Counted from the first letter of the stretch, positions 11,471 to 20,974 are shown. The stretch: DNA of 64,000 nucleotides from an uncultured bacterium (GCA_963813815.1 CAWFAD010000010.1:32001-96000); one strand, 5' to 3'. The notes: generated by a model not told the origin, from the sequence alone. Numbers and translations are program-made.

Positions 11471-12274
11471 ATGCGGATCGGCTTCCTGCAATTACATCCG
11501 CGATTCGGCGCGATCAAGGAAAACGTGCGCAGAGCCGTCGCGCTTCTCGACAAGCTGTCGGATGCGGTTATCGTGCTCCCCGAGCTTTTCAATACGGGGT
11601 ATCTGTTCCGGAACGCGGAGGAGCTCGCCGAGCTCGCCGAAAAAGTACCCGGCGGATACACGACGGCGGAGATGCAGAAGCTCGCGAAGCGGCGGAAGCT
11701 GACGCTCGTCTTCGGCCTGGCGCAGAAGCACCGCGGGGCGTTCTACAACTCCGCCGTCTGCATTTCTCCGTCCGGGAAAGTCGAGGTCTATCAGAAGGTG
11801 CATCTCTTCGACCGAGAGAAGCTCTTCTTCGCACGCGGGAAATCGCTCAAGGTCGTATCGGCGGGCGGAGCGAAGCTCGGCATGATGATATGTTTCGACT
11901 GGATGTTTCCGGAGACGGCGCGCTCGCTCGCGCTGCAGGGGGCGCAGCTGCTCTGCCATCCCGCGAACCTCGTGCTTCCGTGGGGACAGCAGGCGATGCG
12001 CACGCGATGTCTCGAGAATCGCGTATTCTCGATCACGGCCAACCGGCTCGGGAGCGAGCGGCGCGGCACGGCGTTTCTCTCCTTCACCGGCGGCAGCCAG
12101 ATCGTGAGCCCCGCCGGCGAAGTGCTCGCGTCCGCGAGCGAACGGAGCGAATCGCTCCGCGTCATCGACGTTGATATCAACGAGGCGAACGACAAGCACA
12201 TCACCCCGGCGAACGACCTGTTCGCCGACCGTCTGCCTTCCGCCTACGGAGCGCTCATCCGCAGGCGCCGGTAA
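11471..12274 (+). CDS. Carbon-nitrogen hydrolase (nitrilase family)
   Basis: E-K-C triad: LPELFNTGY, YQKVHLF, ICFDWMFPE. Confidence 0.92.
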   Translation: MRIGFLQLHPRFGAIKENVRRAVALLDKLSDAVIVLPELFNTGYLFRNAEELAELAEKVPGGYTTAEMQKLAKRRKLTLVFGLAQKHRGAFYNSAVCISPSGKVEVYQKVHLFDREKLFFARGKSLKVVSAGGAKLGMMICFDWMFPETARSLALQGAQLLCHPANLVLPWGQQAMRTRCLENRVFSITANRLGSERRGTAFLSFTGGSQIVSPAGEVLASASERSESLRVIDVDINEANDKHITPANDLFADRLPSAYGALIRRRR

Positions 12275-12448
12275 CGAAATCGTTTCGAAAAGCATTCTCA
12301 TCGGCGCCGTTTCACTCGCCTCGGGCGGCGCGTCCTCGCGTGCAAAACGCAAAGGCCGGTGCGCGCAATGCTTCGCCCGCGCCGCGCTTTTTCCTCCTAA
12401 TTACCTATAACGCCTTGCAATTGCTCGTGTTTGAAGCTTTATCCCCCC

Positions 12449-12464
12449 TGGCATAATCCTTGCG
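12449..12464 (+). promoter_or_regulatory. sigma54 (-24/-12) promoter
   Basis: TGGCAT-AATCC-TTGCG with exact GG-N10-GC spacing, in an AT-richer intergenic region about 90 nt upstream of the operon start. Confidence 0.75.
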
Positions 12465-12556
12465 AAATTACGCTCCGACATTGAATTGCCTGAGCCGGGA
12501 TACGGCCGGATTCACATACCGGACTGCCTGTGCCGCATACGAGAAGGAGAACAACC

Positions 12557-14464
12557 GTGAAGAAGCGTAGGGCCAAAAAGCGCTTTTCGAGGAATTCGAA
12601 ACCCGTTCTCACGTCTCCGTGGAAGATCGGAATCCTCGTGTCGCTCCTTCTCGTTTTCGTCGGTCTCGGGGTCGGCGGCTATTTCGTGAGCGTCTATCGC
12701 GTGCGTTTCGCGTGGATTTCGCTCGGACCGAACGGAGTGAGCTTCGATTCGCTACGATTCTTCCGCGAGATGTACCCGCTCGTCGCGGTCCTCTCGGTCA
12801 TTTCCCTCATCGCCTACTTCGCGATCGTTTCGTCCGTCCGGCGCTACCGGTTCTACCTCGACTCGGGGCAGGACTACCGCAAGATGATTTCTCTCGCCGA
12901 GAGCATCGACGATCTGACGAATCCGGCTCAGATCGCGCGCCTCTCGTCGTTCCCGGAGCTCCAGGGCGTGCTCCGCGCGTACGGCGATCAGGTGCGCGAC
13001 ATCGCGCAGGATCTCGGGCAACAGCAGGACCCGATGAACGTCGAGGAGTTCGAAGCGGACGTCGAAGCGATGCTCGGCGAAAACGACGTGAAGCAGGGCG
13101 CGCTCGGCACCAAACCGTACGCGGGAGGCCTGCGCCGGATCGTGCAGCGGCTCGCCGCGGACCGGGCGAAGGCGGAGGATCTGTCGAAACAGGAAGAGTC
13201 CGTCCGGCGATCGATCGGACTCGCCGCGCTCGCCTGCGGGCGGGTAATGGAAGCGGCGGGAGGCGCCGGGGAAGAGCTCACGGAGATAGACAAGTCGATC
13301 GGCGATATCCATCGCGCCGCGGGCGAGCTCGTCGCGGGAGCCCAGTCGGCCGGTTCCGCGCAGTCCGCGAACCCGGACGCATGGAAGACCGCCGGAGCCG
13401 GCGTCGAAAGCGCGGCGAGAAAGCTCGAGGACGGAAAGACGCTGCTGCAGGAGCTCGCCGACGAGAACAACAGCGTCGCGATCGCGCTCGCGCTTCTGGC
13501 GGCCCGGGACAAGGCCGGCGGCCACGAGCTCGCGGCGTTCGCCGAACGCGTCCGCATTACCTCCGAACGGTTCCACAAGCTGAGCAAAACGATCGAGCCC
13601 GTGGCGAAGGGGCTTCTCGACTCATGCTACGCGCTCAAGGGCGTGCCTCCCCCGGCCGCCGGAGTGAAATCTCCGGCCGAAGCCGGCGATGGGGCGTTCC
13701 GCGCGATCGACGAGATCGCCGGCGAGATAGAGCGGCGCAGCGCGAATCTGCAGAACAGGATCTGCGGCATCGGCAACGAGCTCTGCGACCTGCGGGAGCT
13801 CCTGCGGGGCGAGAGGGCGAATCAGGCTCCCGGCGAAGGCCTCGACTCGTTCGAACCCTCAGAGCGGGCTCCGGCCGCCGAAGCCGCAGAGCCGGACGAG
13901 CGCGACGGCGGGGAGGAAACGTTCGTCGTCGATCACGGCAGCGCCTGGGCCGGCATGACGGAATCCGCGGGCGGAGCGGAGGAGCGATTCGACGAGCCGG
14001 CGCCGGAGGCCGACGAGGCCTCGGCGGCGGATCGTCGCGAGACCCCCGCGGCGCAGGCCGCGCCGCAGGCGATGGGAGAATTTTCCGATATGTCGAGCCT
14101 CCGCGATCTGGACCGCTCGGTCTCCGCGGAGAGCGGCGAGAGCGTCCCCGAGGACGCCGCGAGCGCCGTCGAAGAGAGCGAGAGCGCGCCCGAGGAGAGC
14201 GGGAGCGCGCCGGAAACGCCGCGGGCGGCGGACGGCGCATGGATGGAGATGCCCGGTCATCGCTGGCTCAAGATAGATATCAATAAGAGCGAGGGCGAGG
14301 AAGAGCGTCCGGTGGATGTAGCCGTGGAATCCCCCTCTCCGGAGACGGAAGCGCCGGTTTCGGCGGCTACGGAGGACGAAGAGGAGAGCGCCGCGGAACG
14401 GATATACGACCTCAGCGAGCTCGGTGCGGTCGAATGCGTCGAGGAAGCCGAAGTACAGAGGTAA
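12557..14464 (+). CDS. Two-TM membrane protein with a degenerate methyl-accepting chemotaxis signalling domain and an acidic low-complexity tail
   Basis: GTG start after AAGGAG; two hydrophobic helices. LALLAARDKAGGHELAAFAERVRITSER resembles the MCP tip [29 protein letters not shown]. Confidence 0.65.
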   Translation: MKKRRAKKRFSRNSKPVLTSPWKIGILVSLLLVFVGLGVGGYFVSVYRVRFAWISLGPNGVSFDSLRFFREMYPLVAVLSVISLIAYFAIVSSVRRYRFYLDSGQDYRKMISLAESIDDLTNPAQIARLSSFPELQGVLRAYGDQVRDIAQDLGQQQDPMNVEEFEADVEAMLGENDVKQGALGTKPYAGGLRRIVQRLAADRAKAEDLSKQEESVRRSIGLAALACGRVMEAAGGAGEELTEIDKSIGDIHRAAGELVAGAQSAGSAQSANPDAWKTAGAGVESAARKLEDGKTLLQELADENNSVAIALALLAARDKAGGHELAAFAERVRITSERFHKLSKTIEPVAKGLLDSCYALKGVPPPAAGVKSPAEAGDGAFRAIDEIAGEIERRSANLQNRICGIGNELCDLRELLRGERANQAPGEGLDSFEPSERAPAAEAAEPDERDGGEETFVVDHGSAWAGMTESAGGAEERFDEPAPEADEASAADRRETPAAQAAPQAMGEFSDMSSLRDLDRSVSAESGESVPEDAASAVEESESAPEESGSAPETPRAADGAWMEMPGHRWLKIDINKSEGEEERPVDVAVESPSPETEAPVSAATEDEEESAAERIYDLSELGAVECVEEAEVQR

Positions 14465-14465
14465 G

Positions 14466-16118
14466 GTGAAGCTCGTGGCGAATCTGAAAAACGATACGAG
14501 ACGCCTCTTCGGCGAGCAGGTCAACGATCATATCGAGAAGCTCAATGATCTGATGAACCTCTCTTCCGGCGCGGCGTTCGACGAGCAGGTCATTCGCAGG
14601 GCGTGCCTCGCCACGAAGCTGCTCGAGGGGAGCACGCGCATGCTCTCGTTCGAGGCGTGGAGCCGCACGCTCAAAGCGCTTCGAGAGCTCATGGAGCGGG
14701 CTTCGGGCTCGGGACGCCGCTGGGACGAGCAGCTCTCGACGATCGTCTCGGAAGTGCTCGAGACCGAGGAGCAGCTCGCCGCGGAGATTCTGGCCGGGGA
14801 GATCGAGGAGGTCGGCCGGGCCGAGCGCTTCACGGGGCTCGAGCAGGAGATCGAGGTCCTCGCCGGCGAGAGCGCCGAGGCGAGCGCCGAAACGGGCGCC
14901 GGCGCCCGCGCCGAAGCGAGCGTCCCGGAGCCGCGGCCGGCGGCGGCCGAGCCCCGCTCCGCCGAGCCCGATACGGGCGGTTCGGGCGATCTCTCCGAGC
15001 ACGTTTCGACGTTCACGCGGCTCATCGAATCCCTCGGACGGGTTCGCGACATGTATCAGGAAATGGTCGACAAACCGGGCAGCGAACGGCTCGTGAAGGA
15101 TATCGAAACCGCCTACGGCGAGAGCGAGTTCTTCATGCGTCTCGCGACGGAGAGCCTGCGGCGGCTCGGACGGGGGCAGCGGGCCTTCAGCGCGAAGATC
15201 GCGTCGAAGGTCGTGCTCGCCGGACTCAAGGATTTTTTCGGCAACCAGGCGAAGCTCCGCCGGTGGAACGCGCGCCTCGCGGTGCGGTGCGGCGATTTCA
15301 CGCTCGACGGAGACATGGCGTCGCAGCTCGCGGCGGTTCTCACGAGCTGCATCTTCGACATCTGCAAGCGGTACGAGATGCGGGACGAGATCTCGCTCGC
15401 GATCGGCGTGGACGTCCGGAGCGAGGGATCGTTCCTCGTCGCCCGCATTCAGGATAACGGCCCCGATTTTCTGTCCGATTCCGAGATCGACCGGGACGAC
15501 GCGGGGGCCTTCTATCAATGCCTGCGCGAGGTTCGTCCGCGGCTCGAGGGCGTCGGCTCGATCCTCTGGCTCGAACCGGGGGGCGGGAACGAGGGGCGGT
15601 TCATGTTCACGTTCCCGCGGTCGCGCGCCAAGACCGACTATGTCGTGGTGTCCTCCTCCGGAAAGCGGTTCGCCGTTCCGCGCCACGCCGTCGATTCGGC
15701 GTTCGAGATGGGATCGATCGAAATCATGCGCGGCGAGGGGTTCCGGTCGGTGATGATTTCCGGCTCGCGCGTGCCGGTGTTCGCGATCGACGAGCTCGTC
15801 GTCGAGGAGCTCGAATCGCACGGCGCCCCCGACCGGATTCTCGTCATCGGCGCGGCCGAGCGGCGGGTGGGACTGTTCATCGAGGGAGCGGGACGCACCG
15901 CGGAAGCGGTCGCGGAGCAGATCACGGAAGGCTCTTGGGGGGCCCTCACGGAAGGGGTTCTCAACATCGGCGAAGAGGAGTTTCCGATTATAGACGCGCA
16001 GAGCGTCATGCGTACGGCGAACGCGCTTCTGGGGACGGATGGCGGTCCGCAGGAACCCGGTTCGTACGCCGATACGGACAAGCGTAGCGAACAGCGAGCA
16101 ACGGTTCCGCGTGCATAA
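14466..16118 (+). CDS. CheA-like protein (Hpt-like, HATPase-like and CheW domains) with degenerate catalytic motifs
   Basis: Hpt-like IRRACLATKLLEGSTRMLSF; IQDNGPDF G1-like box; EGRFMFTFP; C-terminal CheW-like segment (RFAVPRHAV..VPVFAIDEL..RVGLFIE). Confidence 0.7.
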   Translation: MKLVANLKNDTRRLFGEQVNDHIEKLNDLMNLSSGAAFDEQVIRRACLATKLLEGSTRMLSFEAWSRTLKALRELMERASGSGRRWDEQLSTIVSEVLETEEQLAAEILAGEIEEVGRAERFTGLEQEIEVLAGESAEASAETGAGARAEASVPEPRPAAAEPRSAEPDTGGSGDLSEHVSTFTRLIESLGRVRDMYQEMVDKPGSERLVKDIETAYGESEFFMRLATESLRRLGRGQRAFSAKIASKVVLAGLKDFFGNQAKLRRWNARLAVRCGDFTLDGDMASQLAAVLTSCIFDICKRYEMRDEISLAIGVDVRSEGSFLVARIQDNGPDFLSDSEIDRDDAGAFYQCLREVRPRLEGVGSILWLEPGGGNEGRFMFTFPRSRAKTDYVVVSSSGKRFAVPRHAVDSAFEMGSIEIMRGEGFRSVMISGSRVPVFAIDELVVEELESHGAPDRILVIGAAERRVGLFIEGAGRTAEAVAEQITEGSWGALTEGVLNIGEEEFPIIDAQSVMRTANALLGTDGGPQEPGSYADTDKRSEQRATVPRA

Positions 16119-16179
16119 CGGAGCCGGACCGGTCTCACGAGCAGGGATGGGGCCGGGCCACCAACACAGAGAGGTGGAA

Positions 16180-16422
16180 ATGTCCAAGCAGCATCAGCAT
16201 GATTACGGCAGCATCATCATCGGTGGCCACGACGATGCGTCCGAGGTGATGACCTCGGTCGAAGCGGCCGAGTACCTCAAAATGCACGTCAAGACGGTCT
16301 GCCGACTCGCCAAGGAAAAGAAAATACCCGCCAAGAAGGTCGGGAGCGAATGGCGGTTCGTGCGGAGCGTGCTCGATCGCTGGCTGGCGGAGGAGGAATC
16401 GGTCGTCAAGGCGCTCGACTAG
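16180..16422 (+). CDS. Small excisionase/MerR-like HTH DNA-binding protein
   Basis: MTSVEAAEYLKMHVKTVCRLAKEKKIPAKKVGSEWRF; GAGGTGG RBS. Confidence 0.9.
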   Translation: MSKQHQHDYGSIIIGGHDDASEVMTSVEAAEYLKMHVKTVCRLAKEKKIPAKKVGSEWRFVRSVLDRWLAEEESVVKALD

Positions 16423-16448
16423 CCGAGCGGCCTCCGGAGCACACGTCG

Positions 16449-18335
16449 ATGGTCAAGACGAAATTCGATAAAATCGATGTCGGCATTCCCGATGTCGCCG
16501 CATTTCGGATCGAGGGGAAGCTCGGATTTCACGAGAACGCGAAAATCCAGCGCCTCGTCGGCGAATGCGTCAAACGCGAGTACCGCGCGGTGATCATCGA
16601 TTTCTCGGAGCTCGCCTCCCTCGGGGGCGGTGTGGCGAAGATCCTGCGCGATTTTGACGCGGCGATCGGCGAACGGGGAGGGCGGGTCAACTTTGTCGTC
16701 ACCAAGGAAATCGTAGCGCAGTTCCTGCAGGATGGAGCGAAGCCGGTCCTCATCTATCGCTCGTTCGCCGAGGCGCTCGCGGCGGCCAAACAGGAAGCGC
16801 CTCGCGGCGCAGCGCCTGAGGCGGCGGAAGCCCCCGCCGCGGAGGTGCCGCAGACCTCCCGCGGGAAGAAGGCCGGCGCCCGGGCCGAAGCGGACGTCAT
16901 TTGCATGCCGTACGAGGGGCCGGAGACCGGTCCCGCGGGGCGCGAGCAGGAGGCCGCTTCGCCCGACGCGGCGGATGAGGGCGTTTCAGGGGAAGATCCG
17001 GCGGTCGCTGAGAGCGCCGGCGAGCCGATGGCCTCCCCCGAGAGCCTCGAGGAGCCGGCGGCCGGCGGGGAATCCGCGGCGCGGAACGGCGAAAACGGGT
17101 CCGAAGCGGAGGGCATCATCGGCGAGATTTTCGGAAGCGCCGCCGAAACGGTCGAGGTCGAGCCGCCGAAGCGCGCCGCGAAAGAGGAGCCGGCGCCGCC
17201 CACGCGCGCGAGCGTCAATGTCGCCGTGGACGATCTCAACCGCCAGCTCAAGCGCCGCATCCTCGAGCTCAGGACGCTCTTTTCGATCAGCTCCGATTTC
17301 AACGCCATCCGGGATCGCAAGAAGCTGATCGACATCTTTCTTCTCACCTCGATCGCGGAGGGTGGGGTCGAGTCCGCGGCGTTTTTGGAGCATCAGGGCA
17401 CGTGCTTCAAGCCGGTCATGTCGAAGGGTATCGACGCCGAGACGATGGCGCGGCTCGAGGTGCCCGTGGGCGCCTGCTCCGCGGGAGCCGGCGACAACGA
17501 CATTTTCCCCCTCGAGAGCTTCCCGCTCGAGCCGAGCTGGAAAAAGGCGATCGGCGCCGAGGGGATCGAGTACGCGTGCCCGTTCCGCACGAAGGACGGG
17601 CTCTCCGGCATCGTGCTGCTCGGCAAGCGGATCATGGGCCGCGGCATGAAGCAGGAGGATTTCGAGTTTCTGCGCATTCTCCTGAACATCGCGCAGGGCG
17701 CGTACGACAACGCACTCATGTTCGAGCGCGAGCACGAGCGCACGCTCGGCATCGTCAAAACGCTCATGTCCATCATCGAGGACAACACGCTGCTCAAGGG
17801 AACCTCGGAGTTCGTGTCGCGCTACGTCGGCATGACGGCGAAGGGTATGGATTATCCCGAGGAGCATTTCAAGGACCTGATCTACGGGACCGTGCTCCGC
17901 GACATGGGCATGGTCAAGGTGAGCGACCTCATCCTCCGCAGCCCCCGCGATCTCAGCAAGGAGGAATGGGAGATCATCAAGCGGCACCCGGAAGACGGCG
18001 GCGAAATGCTCGATCGCATGAAGTTCGCCGATCACGTCGTCAATATCGTCCGCACGCATCACGAACGATTCAACGGCGAGGGGTATCCGTACGGCCTCAG
18101 GGGCAAGGAGATCCCCCTCGGTTCGCGCATCATCTCCGTCGTCGAGAGCTACGCGGCGATGATACACGAGCGTCCGACGCGTCCCGCCCTTTCTCAGCGC
18201 GAGGCGCTCGATACCTTGAAGGAAAACTACGGCCTCCGGTACGACCGGGAAGTCGTCGTGAAATTTTCGTCCATTATGGAAAAGGAAATCGCCCGATCGG
18301 TTCAGACGGGAACCGCTGTGCTGCAAGGAAGGTAA
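16449..18335 (+). CDS. STAS-linker-GAF-HD-GYP protein with a degenerate HD motif
   Basis: N-terminal STAS-like VIIDFSELASLGGG; GAF-like region; VLRDMGMVK (RD instead of HD); HHERFNGEGYPYGL. Confidence 0.85.
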   Translation: MVKTKFDKIDVGIPDVAAFRIEGKLGFHENAKIQRLVGECVKREYRAVIIDFSELASLGGGVAKILRDFDAAIGERGGRVNFVVTKEIVAQFLQDGAKPVLIYRSFAEALAAAKQEAPRGAAPEAAEAPAAEVPQTSRGKKAGARAEADVICMPYEGPETGPAGREQEAASPDAADEGVSGEDPAVAESAGEPMASPESLEEPAAGGESAARNGENGSEAEGIIGEIFGSAAETVEVEPPKRAAKEEPAPPTRASVNVAVDDLNRQLKRRILELRTLFSISSDFNAIRDRKKLIDIFLLTSIAEGGVESAAFLEHQGTCFKPVMSKGIDAETMARLEVPVGACSAGAGDNDIFPLESFPLEPSWKKAIGAEGIEYACPFRTKDGLSGIVLLGKRIMGRGMKQEDFEFLRILLNIAQGAYDNALMFEREHERTLGIVKTLMSIIEDNTLLKGTSEFVSRYVGMTAKGMDYPEEHFKDLIYGTVLRDMGMVKVSDLILRSPRDLSKEEWEIIKRHPEDGGEMLDRMKFADHVVNIVRTHHERFNGEGYPYGLRGKEIPLGSRIISVVESYAAMIHERPTRPALSQREALDTLKENYGLRYDREVVVKFSSIMEKEIARSVQTGTAVLQGR

Positions 18336-18337
18336 CA

Positions 18338-19876
18338 TTGAGCTGCAACATACTGCTCGTCGACGACGATCCGAACGTGGTGGAAATCCTGTCCGAATCG
18401 CTCAGAAACAAGGGGTATTCGACGTTCTCGGCTTCCGACGGCGAGGAAGCGCTCCGCGTGTACGACGAGAGCCGTCCCGATCTGGTCGTGCTCGACGTCG
18501 TTCTGCCGAAAAGGGACGGCTTCGCCGTGTGCGACGAGATACGCGCGCGCGACATCCATCGCGACGTCCCCGTGATCATGATTTCGGCCAATGCGATCAA
18601 CGATTCGATGGTGCGCGGGCTTCGATCGGGAGCTCAGGATTACATCAAGAAACCGTTCTCCGTCAAGGAGATCGTGGCGAAGATCGACCACCAGCTCACG
18701 CAGGCGCAGCATCGGCGCGATCTGCGCGAGCAGAATCTGCAGCTCGAGGACGAGGTCGAGCGGGGTCAGGCCGATTACACGCGGATCAACCGCGAGCTCA
18801 AGAAGCGCGTGCTCGACATGCGGACGCTGTTCGGGCTCAGTCAGGATCTCAACCGGCTCCGCGACCCCGAGGAGCTCATCCGTGTCTTTTGCCTCACGCT
18901 CGTCGGACAGCTCGGCGTGAGCTCCACCGCGCTCTTCTACGCTTTCGACGACATCGACGACCATCTCTCGTACGCAGGCGGGAGCGGCATGTCCGACGGC
19001 GTGCTGCGCTCCGTGCGTCTCTCGCGCGAGATCGCCCTCTCGAAGCACCTGCTCGCCAAGCAGAACGTCGCCCGGCTCACGGAGGGCGACCTTCCGCCCG
19101 ACGCCCGGCGGGAGGCGGATTTTCTCACCCGTTTCGGATTCGAATACGCGTATCCCCTCATCGTGAAATCGCGTCTCATCGGCATCGTGCTCATCGGCCA
19201 GAAGGTCAACCGGCAGGAGTACAGCGCCGGCGAGATCGAGCTCTTCAAGTCGATCTGCACGTCGGCGGCCACCGGCCTCGAAAACGGCCGCCTCTACGCC
19301 GAGCTGCAATCGACCTATCTCTCGACGATCAAGGTGCTCGTCTCGACGATCGAGGCCAAGGACGCGTACACGCGCGGCCACACCGAGCGGGTGGCGGAAT
19401 ACGCGCGCATGATCGCCGAGGAGATGAGGCTTTCGAGACGCGAGGTCGAGACCGTGAGCTTCGGCGCGGCGCTCCACGACATCGGCAAGCTCGGCGTGTA
19501 CGAGAACATCCTCAACAAGCCCGGCGAGCTCACCGAGCAGGAATGGGAGATCGTGCGCAGCCATCCCGAGGTGGGCGCCAACATCATCCGCAACATGAAG
19601 TTCCTCGAATCCGCCTGCGATCTCGTCCGGCACCATCACGAGCGGCTCGACGGCAAGGGATATCCGGACGGCCTTCGCGGTCCGCAGATCTCCGTCGGGG
19701 CGCGCATCATCGCCGTCGCCGACAGCTTCGACGCCATGACGAGCGACCGGCCCTACCGGCGGGCGTTCTCGATCGAGGAAAGCCTCTCGCAGCTCAAGTC
19801 GCAGGAAGACAAATTCGATCAAGAGATCGTCGCCTACATGGAGACTCTCGTTCGAAGCGGCCGTCTACAGCGGTAA
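18338..19876 (+). CDS. Response regulator receiver-GAF-HD-GYP phosphodiesterase
   Basis: TTG start after AAGGAAGG. Receiver motifs ILLVDDD, LDVVLP and KKPF; HD-GYP motifs AKDAYTRGHTERV, LHDIGK and HHERLDGKGYPDGL. Confidence 0.92.
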   Translation: MSCNILLVDDDPNVVEILSESLRNKGYSTFSASDGEEALRVYDESRPDLVVLDVVLPKRDGFAVCDEIRARDIHRDVPVIMISANAINDSMVRGLRSGAQDYIKKPFSVKEIVAKIDHQLTQAQHRRDLREQNLQLEDEVERGQADYTRINRELKKRVLDMRTLFGLSQDLNRLRDPEELIRVFCLTLVGQLGVSSTALFYAFDDIDDHLSYAGGSGMSDGVLRSVRLSREIALSKHLLAKQNVARLTEGDLPPDARREADFLTRFGFEYAYPLIVKSRLIGIVLIGQKVNRQEYSAGEIELFKSICTSAATGLENGRLYAELQSTYLSTIKVLVSTIEAKDAYTRGHTERVAEYARMIAEEMRLSRREVETVSFGAALHDIGKLGVYENILNKPGELTEQEWEIVRSHPEVGANIIRNMKFLESACDLVRHHHERLDGKGYPDGLRGPQISVGARIIAVADSFDAMTSDRPYRRAFSIEESLSQLKSQEDKFDQEIVAYMETLVRSGRLQR

Positions 19877-20197
19877 CGCCGGTTCCGTCCGCTCCATCTC
19901 CCGCTTTTCGTGCTCCCGCGCGGATTCCCTCTACTGAAAGCTCGATTCACGGTGAACGCCGTTGACGGCTCCGTCGCGGCAGGTCTCGGGGGCCGGGAGC
20001 GCACGGCGGCGCAACCCCTTCTCGCAAAGGATGATACGCGATGTCTCAGCGCGGCGAGGGCGGCGGCATGCCGCTTGCCCAAAGGCGGGGCGGGCATTTT
20101 CGGAGGCATCGCGGGGCGCCGGGAGCCGGGGGGGTGGATGGGTGGCTGGGAGCTCCGGCGCCCCGGGCGCTCGACCCGGCGCCGGCCCGGGCGGGCC

Positions 20198-20974
20198 TCA
20201 GGCCGCGGGAGCGCCCTCTTCGGCCTTGATGCCGATCATGCCCGCGAGGTCGTTGCGGAGAGCGTTGATGTCGAGCTTGCGTTTGAGCTTGCCGCCCGAG
20301 GCGAGGGAGATCGTCCGCGTTTCTTCGCTCACGATGATGACGACGGCGTCCGTTTCCTCGGAGAGCCCGAGCCCGGCGCGGTGCCGCGTGCCGAGAGATT
20401 TCGTCAGGCGGGGATTCTGCGAGAGGGGCAGGATGCAGCCGGCCGCCACGATGCGGTTCTTCTCAATGACGACCGCGCCGTCGTGGAGCGGGCTCGAGGG
20501 CGTGAAGATCGTGACGAGGAGCTCGGCCGTGACGCGGGCGTCGATGGGCGTGCCCGTCTCGATGTAGTTGCGCAGCCCCACGTCCTGCTCGAGCGCGATG
20601 ATGGCCCCGATGCCGCCCTGCGTGAGCTGGTGGCAGGCCTTCACGATTTCGCTCACCGTGCTCGTTTCCTCGACCTTGATGAAATAGCCGAGGATCCTGT
20701 TCTGTCCGAGCAGCGACAGCGCCCGGCGCAGCTCGGGCTGAAAGAGGATCACGAACGCCACGACCCAGACCGTCTTGAGGCTCGAGAGGATCCAGTTGAT
20801 CGCGTTCATGTCGAGCCAGCGCGCTATGAACGAGAGCGTGAAGAGCAGGAAGAGGCCGACGAACATCTGCGCCGATCGTGTTCCGCGGATGAGGAGAAAA
20901 AGACGGTAGAAGAGAAACGCGACGATGATAATGTCGAGGATATCGATGGTGAGGTTCAGCTGAAAGGAGCTCAT
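20198..20974 (-). CDS. cdaA: Diadenylate cyclase CdaA/DacA
   Basis: Three N-terminal TM helices; FQPELRRAL, LHDGA, GTRHRA and VSEET motifs. Confidence 0.95.
   Translation of the reverse strand: MSSFQLNLTIDILDIIIVAFLFYRLFLLIRGTRSAQMFVGLFLLFTLSFIARWLDMNAINWILSSLKTVWVVAFVILFQPELRRALSLLGQNRILGYFIKVEETSTVSEIVKACHQLTQGGIGAIIALEQDVGLRNYIETGTPIDARVTAELLVTIFTPSSPLHDGAVVIEKNRIVAAGCILPLSQNPRLTKSLGTRHRAGLGLSEETDAVVIIVSEETRTISLASGGKLKRKLDINALRNDLAGMIGIKAEEGAPAA

Noticed and set aside
16180..16422. Excisionase-like gene as a sign of a prophage or ICE
   Set aside because: No integrase, att repeat or phage genes nearby; the gene sits inside a signalling operon.
19877..20197. Possible ncRNA or small ORF in the 320-nt gap
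   Set aside because: No recognisable RNA motif, RBS-led ORF or clean terminator.
19876..20974. Functional link between the HD-GYP genes and the neighbouring diadenylate cyclase
   Set aside because: cdaA is convergent and belongs to the conserved ftsH-folP-cdaA string; adjacency alone is not evidence.
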